From Ophelia neglecta (lineage: Eukaryota): DNA of 64,000 nt. The stretch spans positions 86,180,001 through 86,244,000 of the forward strand of contig OZ260663.1 of assembly GCA_965285935.1 (NCBI GenBank), read 5' to 3'. Positions 36,553 through 51,019 of the stretch are shown here, piece by piece. The position numbers were made by a program, and so were the translations under genes. A model generated the notes under the pieces. That model searched no databases and had not been told where the DNA came from. It saw only the letters and a list, made by a program, of their open reading frames with translations. Each line of letters opens with the position of its first letter. The first letter of the stretch is position 1.

Positions 36553-39500
36553 TAATTAGTTCTCCTGAATCAATATCGATTTTGCTTAGTAGTATATATG
36601 ATCAATTTATATTTAAGCGTCTGTTCTATGTACAATAACGTTAACAATGACCCTGACGATAATAATTTATTTTTCAATTTTCCTAAAAGCAGTAGCAGAT
36701 TTATTGACAAAAGTAAAACATGCAGTTAACAAGAAAACAACTATGAACAAGAGACTCAAGAGACCAACAAGAAAACTATAAATAATTGATATGTTTACTT
36801 CTTAAGTGCTTAAAGAGCAGTGTGAATTCACAACAATCCAAAGATCTCCTATTGAAGCAAGCACAATTCAGGAAATAATAAAAGTTGTATAAATTGGTAA
36901 GGTTGACATTTGCTCGAACTAGCGGTTATAACATTTTTTCAAACTGAGATAGGAGCCTTTGAGGTTTTCAAGGGGACACCGTGATATATATAATTGAGTA
37001 GGTCAACCGTTACTTTGTAATCAAAAGTACATTCCAATAAAGCTAGCCATAGTGTCGTTTCTATCATTTGAAACCAACCCATAAATCTCTGGGACAACCA
37101 AATGGCATTGTCACCATGTTGAAAGTAGGTCACGCCTTATTTTTTTCGATCAAAAGTAAGCACGATGGTGTTGTAACTTCTCTCCGAAAGCAGTCCATAG
37201 CCCGCGGATACATGAACATTTGATTAAGAAATGGATTTGTTATTTACAAATTGTGAGAAAGCCAAAGCTTATTTTTGTTTTCAAAATGTGTATAAAAAAG
37301 GAATTAAATGTTTATAAGCTTTGAATATCGAAAAATGTTCCAAAATCATGAAAGTTCGCATTCGTCGCCAAGATTTCAACGCATGTTAAATTTAGAAACA
37401 TTCGTTGAGTATAATCGAGACGTCAAATTGATCAAAATTATTAATGTAGGCAACTGAAATGAACAAAAATGTACCATCGTCAGGTACTTTCCTTGCAATA
37501 CGGCACAGATCCTGGGGTTACCGTTCTTTAGAGGAAAATAAAAGTTGCGCATAGCAGTATATCAGGAGTAGTAGTGCAGAAATGCCGATTAAACAACGTT
37601 TTGCAAGTCCAGCAATTCTTTAAAATTTGCGGAGGAAGCACAGTATCACTTGGACATTAACGAACGAAATTTATTTCTCTTGAAATAGCAGACAATGTAT
37701 TATTACCTACGACCGACCCGGCCTTTGGGCGAGGAACACACTGTGGCCGTGACCAGGCTGATTAAGCAGACTACTGATGCAGACTGTCGAGTTAGTTGTT
37801 TTGTAGTATTGGTTGTTCCTTAATAAATTCGAGTTGCAATTATCAGAGTTGTTGCGGTTATACTATCTGTTTGTATATATAATGATAGCAGGAATTTTGT
37901 CTATCATGACCAGTTTTCTTAGTAGAATATGTGCTTACTGTATTGTAATCGTCGGTTTTATATATAATAATAATAATGACAATGATATAATTTATTTATT
38001 GTTATTTTTTGTGTGAAAGCAGTAGCATATTTATTGGCTACAATAAATAGCAGTATACAATAATAAAAGCAGCAGCGTGAGACTCAGGGACAAAACAAAA
38101 TGCTTAAAAAGGAATATGAATATTTCGTAAGAGCCGTGGTTAATTAACTTTTTATTTTGGTGTAAATTGCAACCAGAAAAACCTAGTTTTAATAACCTAA
38201 TTGGGTGGAAATGAGAAAGATATTAGACATTTGGACACCAGTGTAATTCAATCTTATCTTTTAACCGTCTCATTTGTTTATAACTCCAGCTATATAATAT
38301 TGGGGTTATTATCAAAGTACAATAAAAACTCACTGTCATGCCGCTAACTTGTGTGGATATTGATGTTGTCCTGCACTACTAACTTGTCCATGTCTTCGCC
38401 ACTATACAGAGGTGCGAATACTACTCATTTCAGTGAATTATACACTAAATAAAAAACTCAAGAGATTATTGGTCCAGACTACCTTTCGCACGAAAATGTT
38501 TGCATATAATTTGTTATTATAGCAATTTTTCAGTTAAAACAATCTACATAGATGCCTGAACACGCACGCCGAAGATCCTTTCCTTTTTCATCAGTGAATA
38601 ATTCATAAATACTACTTTAACAAGCCAGATGATTTGTGTAACTACTTTTCTACATAGTAGAAGTACCAATGTATTCGATGAGCCACAATTTAGTCCAATT
38701 CAATTTACTTTATTTTGGTCCGTTGTTATAGAGTACAAAATATAGTATATTAAGTTATATTGATAATTAAATGTTATCTATAGTGGTCACCTGTGATTCA
38801 TACATACAATAAAATACACGTATTTTGTCTTTAGCCCCGGAGAAATATTCCGGAATATAAACTAAAATGTAAATTCCACAAGATAACTCTCAAAAAAAAT
38901 TCTTTTATTTTCATAGTAAAGGCGCTTTTTTCGGCACAGTTGTTTACGGTAAACTCTCCTTTTTAAGGTTACTTTTTACTAACCATAGCCCAAACTAACA
39001 TTAATTGAGAAAAAAAACATCTTCTAGTCCCTTACTGTGGGGGGATGGGGGGGAGGCAAGGATGGGTAATGATATTATGGTAAGCCCTTAACAGCTACAT
39101 TCCATATTCCATTCCATTTTCATTCCATAATCCAGTCCTTAGACTGTTCATATTTTAACCGAGACCAACATTTCGGTAATGATGAGCATGCTTCAAGTAA
39201 ACGTTGGTGGCAGTGGCGCGTAATTCGATCATCATCACGTGGACTAATCACCTTGGTGATTACCATATAGACGAATCCCATAATAGTTTCATTAGGAAAG
39301 GACTAGTAAACACCCCGTCTTTGTACATGAAAGATAGGGGTGGGCGCAGATGGACTTAAACATATTGTCCAGACCCTCGCAATGGGAGAAGGTCTATTAT
39401 TATTCCTTATTTAGGAATATTGGCTTCATTTTGGCTTTAACATGAAATGAGTCATGGACTATTGGCGGACGCCATCTCAGTTTAACAACGGTGCCCAGCT

Positions 39501-42500
39501 CTAATTGTGCAATTATTTTGCTCAAATAAGTTCTATCCGGCATGCCCGTATCTATTATCAGCGTCACGTGAGCCAGTCCCGCTGTGCGAGTTGTGCTCAT
39601 TAAAAGGATTAATACAGGGAAGGCTGCGTGTTACAGTGCTCATCTGGGCAAAGTAGCTTAGCTTACAAGGCGATAAATGTACTTGATGTAGTAACATGCC
39701 TAAGAATAGTAAAATCCATAGAAAATAACAAACCAGCGGTTAAGTGAATTTAAATAAATTAACACGACTAATCGTTTTTGTAAACATTATTATGTAAGTC
39801 CATGGTTAATTAAAGAAAAATTTCTGATAGATTTTGAATCTGGAAAACAAAATATCAAAGAATAATTGGGTTATTTGAATACAGTTGTTAGTACGTCTCG
39901 TATTTTGCTAATACCAAATTATTCTGGTTTCAGTCAGCATCTGAACTATTTAAGCCTCATGGGAAAAACAAATCATTTACACATCTTCATATCACCAATT
40001 AAAATGTTCTTTGTCACGTGAACCGATACACAAGAATCCGTCAGCTTCCATACAAACATTACGTTTTCGTTTAAGTTCATTCTTGCAGAATATTTTCTCT
40101 CATCAAACCTCCACTTACGGACCTCCGGCGGTATCACTTAGGCAAAACGGTATAAATTTTCCGCCACACTTTTAGACAGGCGTATTTTTCATTTTAAATG
40201 CTATAGTATAATAAAGACCCTCATTTTAATAGTTTGCTATACGATAGGGTTTCCGCAGGTCTCCCCAACCCCAGCGTGTTTAGAAATCCCCACACACCCA
40301 CCCTGTAAGCTGATCTTGGTTTTTCTTTATACTGAACAGCGCCCCTGATATATATAGGGCCTAGGCCTAATAGGCTATAGGCTAAAGCGAGTATAATTTC
40401 GCGTATCGTGTAATTTCACGTTACAAGTAGCCTTATTCCGCTCACGCTGTGCGCGAATTGGGCAACTTCAGTACGGTACGACCTGGGCGAAATTAAACTT
40501 ATGTCTGCACGGCGTTAAACGCTAAATACCTGTGATGTCCCCTATACTAAGATATAGGCCTATATCATACAACATAATCAGTTACTCTACTTGGCAGGTA
40601 CTGATAGACTTAGAGAGTTACTCCCTTGAATATAGGCAATTCCCTATTAACATTAAATCTCGACAGAAAATACAGCAGACCTCCTCATTTCACACAAATT
40701 TCACAGCCCTCGCGGTGCAAATCGCGAACAAGTTGGCCGTGTCCGGTCATGACGCTCGAGTCATGATGAGTTGGTTGATGTCCGGTGCAGGTGTTCGGCG
40801 GGCTATTATGTATCCTACAGCGGCCAGCGGGGCCCCCGAACACTCGGAAACCTGATAGCAATGGCCTTCCGATTTGACTAATGTTTAAACATGAAAAATA
40901 TTCAACACCTGCAGAAGGGAACAGGTGAAAAAAGGGTAGCCTTGATGTCTTGCAGTGGACATCAACGAAATTGTCATGGCCGGTCACGGCCAGCTTATTA
41001 GACAGACGGAAACACAGGAAGAAAAGGGCCGGTGGTTTTCGTATGGGGGAGGAGGGTAGGGCTGGGCTGGGGGTGGGTTGGGTGGGTTGGGGGCTCACCT
41101 TAAGCTATCGGAGGTTTATTGATAATTCCGTGCAGTATGGGAAGATTTCACCTCAATCGAAAGAGAGTTGACAGATAAATATTTCAGGTAAGCCTATGTA
41201 TGTCTGAAACCTGTGAAGCGGAGCCCGAGAGGTACAGGAGAAGTTAGGAGACTGAAAAAGGAGGGGGATATTGTGATAGCGAGGGGCTGACAGGGGAGTA
41301 GGAAACAAGAAAGATCATAGAAAAGTCGAAAGGAAGGAAAACACAGGGCAGTAGGCTCGAAAGGGATGCCATGTGACCGAAACCGGAAACCAAATAAAAA
41401 CCATATTAATATAAACAAATAAAAAGGTAAGCTTACTTTAATTGAATCGACAGATATATTAGATTTTCCAAGCTTGCCCTGGGGGGGGGAGGTGCTTTCT
41501 CCTACAGGTGTTCCCAGCATGCGACTATGACTGGTGTGTGGGATGGATATTGACTCCCAGAAATAGAGGGGGTTGGGGGCTTAGGCCCCTTCATATTGAA
41601 GCTAGGAGACAACTGAAACGCTTCCCCACCTCCACCCAACCCCCCCCCCCCCCCCCCCGATCCCCTCCCTCGACCCCCACCACACTCAAAACGCTTATGG
41701 GTATCTGAGATTTAAAATCAAAAGCAGCACGTAAATCGTATTCGAACGTATGTAAAAATCTACAAGCATGGACCTACAGGAAGCAACGAATCTATTAATA
41801 ACTTTGAGAGCCTTAGGAAACGAGATATGTGATATTGTCGGATATAGTTGTCACCTCAAGCCAATAAATTGTAACATGTACTTACATTTATTAGGTATTT
41901 TCAAAGTATTTTATCACCTATACCCTTAACATCGTTGGAGAGGTTTGCCTGGAAAAAAATATCACAAAATTTAAAATCGCCCTGGCAAGCTAAGTCGCAA
42001 TACAGTTTATGTGACTATATATGGAAATTAATTATAAATGTCGTCTGGAGAGCTTTGTGGCGCCAAAACCACTAAAAGTAAGTGGTTGCGGTTAGTGTAC
42101 CAGAAATTAACCCACGGGGCGTATATTTGATATAGGTATAGTTCAGGTTACAGAGCATCAATGACAATCATGAATATTCACGATCAACATAGCAATTTCT
42201 ATATATATTAGCATTCTGAACTCGCATAAGAATGATAGCATAAATATACCTGGATATTGACGTGAAAAATAGCATTCAATTTAGGTTAGAAATGACCATT
42301 TTTCCTTTTAAAAATATGAAATTCCACTTGTTGTTCTTTCCTGCTGTCCTTTATTTACAATGGGTATATTTATATAATGTTCCAGTATTTATGACTGACA
42401 TATAACAGATATATGCGGTTATGACACTTGATAGACCTCTCGAGTTGAGGTCAGGGCTATCTCGTATTGTGGCCGGCGGGTGCTCCTCCCAGTGCCTCCA

Positions 42501-43677
42501 GACAGAATCATAATGTGAACTCATTTTAACATACCAACATGTAGTCGGCATGAATGTGTCGAAAAGAAATTTAAATAAAAAGTATGTGTATATGTCTGCC
42601 CGTCTCTGTGGTGAATGTATTGTTCATGAGTGTGGTAGATGATGTGGAGTGGTAGTAAACTTAGATAACTATTGTATAGGCAGTGTATAATGAGGTGTCG
42701 AAAAATTACTGAATTTATGTCATGGTACATTCGCCTATATTGCTAAAGATATAGTTATATCAGCTATGAGTAATGGCACTTTTTTCACGGCAAATATAGA
42801 TCACTTGGTGCTTCTTTTGGAAAAAAAGAATATTCAATGTTTATAGAACTGGCAGAGGATTCGGTTGACGCCTTTGAGCAAGAACGTTACTGAATTTTTT
42901 GTACATTTCCTTTGTACAATCCACGCTACAATGTTCCTATACCCATGAGAGTACAAAATGTATGTTAATTATATTTGGAGGAATAAAAATTGGTTCCCTA
43001 ACTATATATTGGATTTTTTGAGGGACCGAACTCAGATTTTTTTTATGCTTCATTACCGTAATATTTGTAGAAAAAAGTTTATGTTTAAAACAAACCTTCT
43101 AGTAGCCTCCCCCCCCCCCCCCCCAGCCCCCGTTATCTAACGGAGCACACCCCACATGGCGTTTTGATGCTTGATATTGATCAGTCAACTTGACAACCAG
43201 GGCTCTGCCCAAAGGCATATATGTGTATAATAAATAGTTGTATAACAAGAATTATTAACATGCTTATCATTCATTATATCCGAGGAATCTCTTTATACAT
43301 GACATTGTACTCGTATGTTATATAACTTCATCGTCAGCCAATAGTAACTTAAGTATTTGGCCCAAACGTGCGTTGTGATTGAAAATCTGGCTGGCAGCCG
43401 AACACGGGGTGATTGGTATTTTCCGGTTCGTGTAGAGTAATCCTAATCTGATTAATCAAGCGGTAAGTCGGTTTTAATACGAATCACGAACGCAAATAAA
43501 TAAGTCCTATATAGGCCTATTCAAAGATCTCAATGTCCGTCAAACTAACTTGGCGGCACTGCTAAAAACACATCCAAACACTGAACACGTGTGTTTTAAT
43601 CAACCCACCTGTTAATGCCCCTTGTCTGTGTGACCCTTAGAGTGCAATATCTGATCAAACTCCTGTAAATATAGGCA

Positions 43678-43845
43678 CAAAAATAAACCTTTAAACTTAG
43701 ACCACCCAAGGGACTTGAAAATGCTAGTCTGATTAGGGAGGTCTGTTTATACAGGTTACTTTTTTTTATTAAACACATACAATATGGTCTTCATTTTAGT
43801 GGCCTAAACTGCCAGTTGGTCTGATTATAGAGTTGGTCTTAAAGC
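43678..43845. mobile_element. Decayed member of the 178-bp MITE family
   Basis: AGACCACCCAAGGGACTTGAAAAT...GGTCTGTTTATACAGGT...GGTCTTAAAGCA is the reverse complement of the interior of 1327-1504; termini are eroded. Confidence 0.6.
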
Positions 43846-45526
43846 ATAGAATATTTTGCCTGATGAGCATGTCAGTAATGTTGTATTGTTTAGAATACCC
43901 ATGGTGGGTATTTTACGGCAAATAAAAGAAGCGATGCCGGGTCTTGGGATTAATGTCAAATACTCTAGTTGAGGTTTCTAGTCATGGGCTCAAATTTTGG
44001 CAGGAGTGCATCGACTATGTTTCAGAATACGTGCCAAATTGGCAGTCGTCAGAATTTATATTTCAATAATAAGAAGAAATACTTCGTTCGTTTGTTCACC
44101 TATTATTTGAACATTATTCAAACATACATGGCCTTGTGATATATACATGACATCATATTTTGAATATATAAAACCCTAAGTATTTGGCCGGATGACTCTA
44201 GCATGGATCGGTTTGAAGGATCTCAACTTTTTAAAGATTTAAACGGGCCAGAATATTTTTCACACAAACACCATATGAAATGATTTCCCGTAGCGTGGAT
44301 TATGTCTTTTGTTAATATACATCACAAAATTAGACTTCATATTTCAGGATTAGGGAGCTCATTGACGGGAAACACGTGCACGATATGCAAGATTGATTTA
44401 GTCTCTACCGGTAACACTTGTGAAAATAATTCGCTGTATGGACTACATAATAGGCCTATCTAAGCCGATATTCAAAATCCTGGGGGGGGGGGGGGGGTTG
44501 CCACACAAGGTCGTTTCTATCGGAATACCCAAAGATATGCAGTGTCCCCTTCTATCCGGTTTTCGGGCCTTCACCCCCTAGAAGCCTCTCTGGGAGGGGG
44601 AACTCCTATCCCTCGAAACGCTCCCTGCTACACTGTTTGATCGTTAAGGGGCCGGGACCCGGAGCCCACACCCCCGCACGCCACCCCCACTGTGTCCTAC
44701 TCTAAACCCGTAATTGATAACATACACTATGAGTGCTCCTCAGCTTCGTTGTACCCATCATGGGCTGTATATTATACTAATTACAGGAAAGTATTCAAGG
44801 AATTTGAGAGCATTCTGCGGGTGGATTTTGGAAGCGATAGGTATGTGAATAGAGCTTGACGGATTACACATTTTGTCACCCTCCGGCGGTGCCTAACGTG
44901 TATTAGGCTTTTAAAGCAGTGTTCCTTGTGATTGCTCTTCAGATCTGGGGATAGGTTATGTTATTTTAACCAGCATGGCAGGGATTATGATGTATAAAAT
45001 ACGCTATGATGTGAACTAGATGCAGCATATAAAGAGTTATAAAAATAAAATCAAGCGAGCATGAAATAACAGACGCGGAAAATGTTAATTTCCTAATCTG
45101 TTACCATCTAAGATTCAACGATCCGTGAAATTGCTCCTCTCATATACGCTGTCGTAACTCTTTCAGTGTATTCTGTCCGATCCACCGTTTTTCATTTGCC
45201 CACTGACAACGTTCAATAATATGTGCCGCACTTACCTTTTCCACGCCCTCTGGAACCCCGTTCAAATCCTCTTCCCATCCCGGTCTTTCCATTCGCCCTC
45301 CATCCCTTGTCAGATCTTTGTGTCCCATCCAATCTTTCTATTTGTTCTCCCACTCTTTTGGTTCTCTCCTTACAACCCGCTTCCTACCCACTGGGACCAT
45401 TCGTCTACCAACCCTAGCCTGTCGGATTTCTCTGCCCCACCCTTCACCCAACCCCACCCACGCCCCCACCCCACCCCTTCCATTCGCTCAAGCCATTTTG
45501 TGTTTCCCCTATATCTACCTATCGTG

Positions 45527-46398
45527 CCATTGGCCCTCCTACCCCGGAGAGTCCCCATGTTCAACCCATCATTACTCCTACCCCGGACAGTTCTCTGTTC
45601 AACCCATCCTTTCCATTGGCCTTCCTATCCCGGACAGATCTATGTCCAGCATATCCTTTCCATTGGCCCTCCCATCCCGGACGGTTTCCTCTGTGCAACC
45701 CATCCTTTCCATTGGCCCTCCTACCCCGGAGAGTCCCCATGTTCAACCCATCATTTACATTGGCCCTCCTACCCTGGACAGTTCTCTGTTCAACCCATCC
45801 TTTATATTGGCCCTCCTACCCCGGACAGTTCTCTGTCCAGCATATCCTTTCCATTGGCCCTCCCATCCCGGACGGTTTCCTCTGTCCAACCCATCCTTTC
45901 CATTGGCCCTCCTACCCCGGAGAGTCCCCATGTTCAACCCATCATTTACATTGGCCCTCCTACCCCGGACAGTTCTCTGTTCAACCCATCCTTTATATTG
46001 GCCCTCCTACCCCGGACAGTTCTCTGTCCAGCATATCCTTTCCATTGGCCCTCCCATCCCGGACGGTTTCCTCTGTCCAACCCATCCTTTCCACTGGCCC
46101 TCCTACCCCGGACAGTTCTCTGTCCAACCCATCCTTTCCATTGGCCCTCCTATCCCGGACAGTTCTCTGTCCAACCCATCCTTTCCATTGGCCCTCCTAT
46201 CCCGGACAGTTCTCTGTCCAACCCATCCTTTCCATTGGCCCTCCTATCCCGGACAGTTCTCTGTCCAACCCATCCTTTCCATTGGCCTTCCTATCTCGGA
46301 CAGTTCTCTGTCCAACCCATCCTTTCCATTGGCCCTCCTACCCCGGAAAGTTCTCTGTCCAACCAATCCTTTCCATTGGCCCACCTATCCCGACCTCG
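45527..46398. repeat. 47-bp minisatellite (about 18 units) with a 4-unit higher-order repeat
   Basis: Unit CCATTGGCCCTCCTAYCCCGGACAGTTCTCTGTCCAACCCATCCTTT (period 47, e.g. 46138 and 46185). The variant GAGTCCCC recurs at 45549, 45731 and 45922. Confidence 0.95.
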
Positions 46399-48814
46399 GA
46401 CAATTTCCTCCTACCCTTCTCAGCCCTCTCCGTCCCACACATCATTTCCATTGGTCTCTTTGTAAAAACCCAGATCTCAGATATTCTCACCATTATTTGC
46501 GTCTCGCCAGTACCTGCTATACACCAGTCCATCACCTCCTCCACATCGCTAAAATGCTTTCCTATCCCCCCCCCCCCTCCCGGCCCTTCTTAAGAAAACA
46601 CTCCTGAACCCCAGGTGCGCATAATTGAGTGCGCAGTGTAGTGGAACTAAACAATAATCGGGGGACTGGCAAATGCCATTAGTCATTATATTATAACAGT
46701 GGATTAGATCTGGTTGTAGAAAGCACACCTGCGACTTCATTGTACACCTATGCAAATAATCGTCCCAATGATATGTATTCACGACCTCTTGTAGTCGAAA
46801 ATTAGGTGGTAAATCTATATAACAATACCAGCTTCGGCGTGAGGTCGCAAAAACCGCCTAGCTAAAGGATTGAATTGAAATAAAGCCAATGTTACAGTCG
46901 AGATCTTTTATTGGTCATGTTGTTAAAAATGAGTTAATATTAAACTAGCTGGTTTAAAATGCGTGGAAGGACTGCTAGAGTTTTAATGTCTAGTTAATGA
47001 CCTTGCCTACCATGGAGTGATGAATAAGGAATCTCTTCAATGACTTCTGTGACAGTGTCGGTCGGGGGTGATAATATATTCATTATTTCATTGCTCGTTC
47101 GTCTGATCGCTGATTACAACATCTGCTCGTTTTATTAATCATTTACACTTGGGACACCCATCACAATATGACGATTGTTATTGAGAGGACATGAAAAGGT
47201 CAGGCTTTAACAATCAATGAATCTCGTTAATTAGTTATATACTGCCACCTGCGACTCGATATAAAAATCTATTCAGTTGATAATGATATTTATCAATGCA
47301 TGTTGTGTTTGTATATCTTTTGGCAAACTTTGCTGATATGACGCATATTTTATGCTAGACTCTGCCTCCTGGCATTTACCCCTCGGAGTATAGCTCTTCT
47401 CTCCGCCCGCTCGCCTAGCTCTTCCCTCGGTCTCTATACACCTCACCCTTGGGCACCCTTCTTTCTTATCCGTTCCTTAGACTTATCCCCTCCCAGCCTC
47501 CCTAACTACATGATTAAGACCCTGAAGGCATCCTTAAATAACTGTCGCACGAACTCAGTACATTCTCCTAATCTCTGAGCCCCCCCCCCCCCCCCGGGGG
47601 AAATGCCCCCCCCCCCCAGACGTGGTCATAGTCAGCTTCGTTTTCTCATAGTCAATGAACTGTATTTTTATACATGTTATGTATCACGAATGAATACCAA
47701 GTGTTCCCCCACTCTAGTGCGTGTTTTAATGTAGAGATCTGTTTGCCGGACTGTTCCGTCGCTGACATTAATGTCTGTCCGCTGTTGACACCCGAGAGGA
47801 CACCCAACCCTCCCGCCGATGATCTCTACCGGGGGACTAGGGCTCTCTATGAAGATCAGACAATACCTTATTGATACCTGTCAGGTGTAAGAGAACAATG
47901 GGTGGAGACAATACGCGACAATGGTATCGGAGACGGAACCAGGCTCGAACTGGGTTCTGGTTCTACGGAAACGAACGGCACTAAGACTATCAGGGAGGGA
48001 CGGAACCCGCTCTGAGACAGGAACCTCAATATGACCTATATGGAACGAAACGGCTCCAGGAATCGAGCGGAAGTTTCTCCCTCCTCCGCCCCGCCCCCTC
48101 ACAGACCACACTCCTACCCCTCTCCGCCCCCTCCCCCACGCCTCTCCCACCTAACTCCGCTTTGCTAGCCGCCAGGTACGCATCATACAAACAATACCTG
48201 GCTATTGACAGCGACATTTCCCACGTTGTCGGCACTAATGGGCGGCGATCAATTCATTAGGGCCAGGTAATAAGGCCAGGGAGCCCCTCGGGAACAATAC
48301 CTGGAATCTGACAAGTATACTGACTGCTGCACCTGCAAACAGAGCAATGAAATGATCACCCTGTCCGGAAAAAAATACAAGGGGCGTGGGCGAGGGAAAT
48401 CTTCGGATGTTTGTTCTTCTTGCCGGCACCCGTTGATGAGGGCACTAAGAATAACTTGAATTCCATGTCCCGCATAAAACAATCTACCCCTATCGACACT
48501 TTTTCGGATGCCATTTGTCTTGTAAATTGATTGACACTGATAATAGGGCTAATTGTACAATAGGGAAACCTGACTGAGCAGGACAAAGTATTTGGTCAGG
48601 TGCAGGACTTGACGTGAACAGGCCCCGTTCGTGTTTACTTGTTACTGGCCCAATAAAACATGTCACCGGCTAGAGAAATATATATAGGCCTAAACATAGC
48701 TGGATACTTTTGCCCTAAACATCCACCTGGTAGGCCTACTCGTTTTTTTTGGAAGGGTAATTGTTGATGAGAGAATCCAATTTAAGTTTCAGATAAAATG
48801 GTATTGGTATTAAT

Positions 48815-50610
48815 TAATTTATTTATTTATCATATTTCTTCATGCTGAATAGAACTGTCAGCAGCAGCTGTTCTTCCCAGGGTCCAGTTACAATAAAAAA
48901 AATAAACACACAATACACATTAAATACATGAAAGATAATTAAAAATGCAATAAAATAAAATAAACATGCTTTTCAATTTCCACTCACCATGAGAAAAACC
49001 CGTCTATGCACAAAATTATATTATACAGATGCTCCCTCATCCACACATAATTAATACCATAACACACATGAAATAAAACCAATAAAAAGAACAAGCACAG
49101 CTTCGTAATATAAATAAAACAGTGTGAGCTACCATATCACCATATAATAATAATTCATAGGTATAAGGACAATCGTTAGGAGTTAATCGCCGTTTTAAAG
49201 GAGTGTATACTGGTTAGGTTTCGTATGTCACTAGTGAGTTGGTGCGATAAGGATGGTTCCGTGTAGTTGTCAAAGGACTGGCGCACCAGTTTGTATTGGA
49301 GCCTTTTAGCAACCAGTATATTAGAGTTGCTTCGGTATGTATTACGAGATCGAAGTTCTTGGACCAAGGTTAAAGTTGTCTTTAATATGACAGGAGCTTG
49401 ATTATTAATACATTTAATTAAAAGTGAGTATGTTCATAAAATAGTGTCTACGCTCAGCAAATTTTCCTAACTATATCAAGGCTTCGAACGCTGTAGTCAA
49501 AATTACCTGTGATAAAGCGGACTGTTCTGTTTTGGAATCTTTGGATTATTTTGAAGGTTCTTATCACTGCAATAACCTCATCTTGTTAAACAATAGTCGA
49601 AAAGTGGCCCGAACAATAGTAGTGTATACACTCAATAATAAGTTATTGTCAACCTTTTTTCTAAAAGGACCCAACTTGGCTATTTCAAATGAAATATTCG
49701 CTGCCAAACTATCCCACTATATCCCAAGAGAAGATTACGTCAAGAGTTACACCCAAATATTTTGAATCTTTAACATTAGACATATTAGTGTTGTCTATTT
49801 TTATAGTAAATTCAGCTGCATCCTTTACCTTAATGGTGTTTGGTGCCTATTTTCATTCTGCAACACTTCAAGAATTCAATGTTAAATGATTGTCACCGAA
49901 ACACTTTAATATCATAGCAGTACCGCTTTAGAGACAATCCTGAACTTCAATAAAATCACTGCCTATAGAAAAAAGAGCCATGTCGTCGGCAAACATATTA
50001 TAAAATGATTCTCTTATTGTAGTTGGCTAATCCTTAACAGAAAGGAGAAATAATATCGGGCCTAATACCGAGCCCTGAAGGACCCCGTATTTTAGTTCCA
50101 AAAAACTTGAAATTTGGACATGTGCACGCACAGCTTGTTTACGATTACTTAAATGATTATCGACCCATTTGTAGGTTTTATTAAGTATCCCATAATGGTT
50201 TAATTTTGTTAATAAAATGCTGTAATTTATAGTGTTAAGGCATTGAGAAAGGTCGGAAAAGCACATTTCGCCCACAGATCCATGATTACTGCCCCCTAGT
50301 AAGTCAATAATGACCTTGGCAGCGATGTCTAGGTTGAATGATTTGGGCGATACGCATACAGATCATGAGTGATAAGGTCATGAGCTACTGAATTGTCTTT
50401 GACTCTCCCTGTACAAGTCGCCGGATTAATTTTGAAACACGAGGGATTACAGAAACAGGTCGATAGTTATCTGCCATATCATTAGGACCCTTTATTCATA
50501 AATTGGGGTCACCCTAGCATATTTCTAATCACCAGGAAAAACAACTGTGACCAGTGAGCCATTAAACAAATTTGTTAAGCTGGGAGAAATCCCATCCGCA
50601 GGTCGCCGCA
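48815..50610 (-). mobile_element. Decayed, 5'-truncated CR1/L2-type LINE (RT domain to 3' end)
   Basis: Minus-strand motifs VTPIY, DNYRPVSVIP, FSDLSQCLNTINYSILLTKL, GVLQGSVLGPILF and FADD, broken by stops and frameshifts. (TAAA)n-like tail near 48815-48830. Confidence 0.85.
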
Positions 50611-51019
50611 TAACTTTACTATCTTACTATTACTTTACTTTTTCAATAATAAAAATTATTTTTATTATCATTATCATTATTATTATTTCGTGTACATACA
50701 TGAGAATCATTCCTTGCCTGACAATCCTTGGTAACTTCTTCTGTGAAGGTATTAACCAAGTTTATGCTTTCTTTCCATGCCTCTAATTTCTAGATTGATT
50801 ATAAGTTTATAAATATATATATATTGTAGACTATCAGATATATCGATAATATCTTTTTTCAAAAGAACAATACTTCTGTTCCTGCGCGCAAAAAAAAAGT
50901 TCTCCTAATTCGAAAAAATGGCATACTACATGCAGATATCCTTTAAACATGTTCAAGTTGTCATGTAATGGGGCGCGATGCACATTGGCTTCGTGTCAGG
51001 TATATGTGTCATACATATA

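Noticed and set aside
45221-46607. Three long ORFs as a protein-coding gene, or the repeat as a CRISPR array
   Set aside because: The ORFs are products of a stop-free tandem repeat. There are no unique spacers and no cas genes, and the context is eukaryotic.
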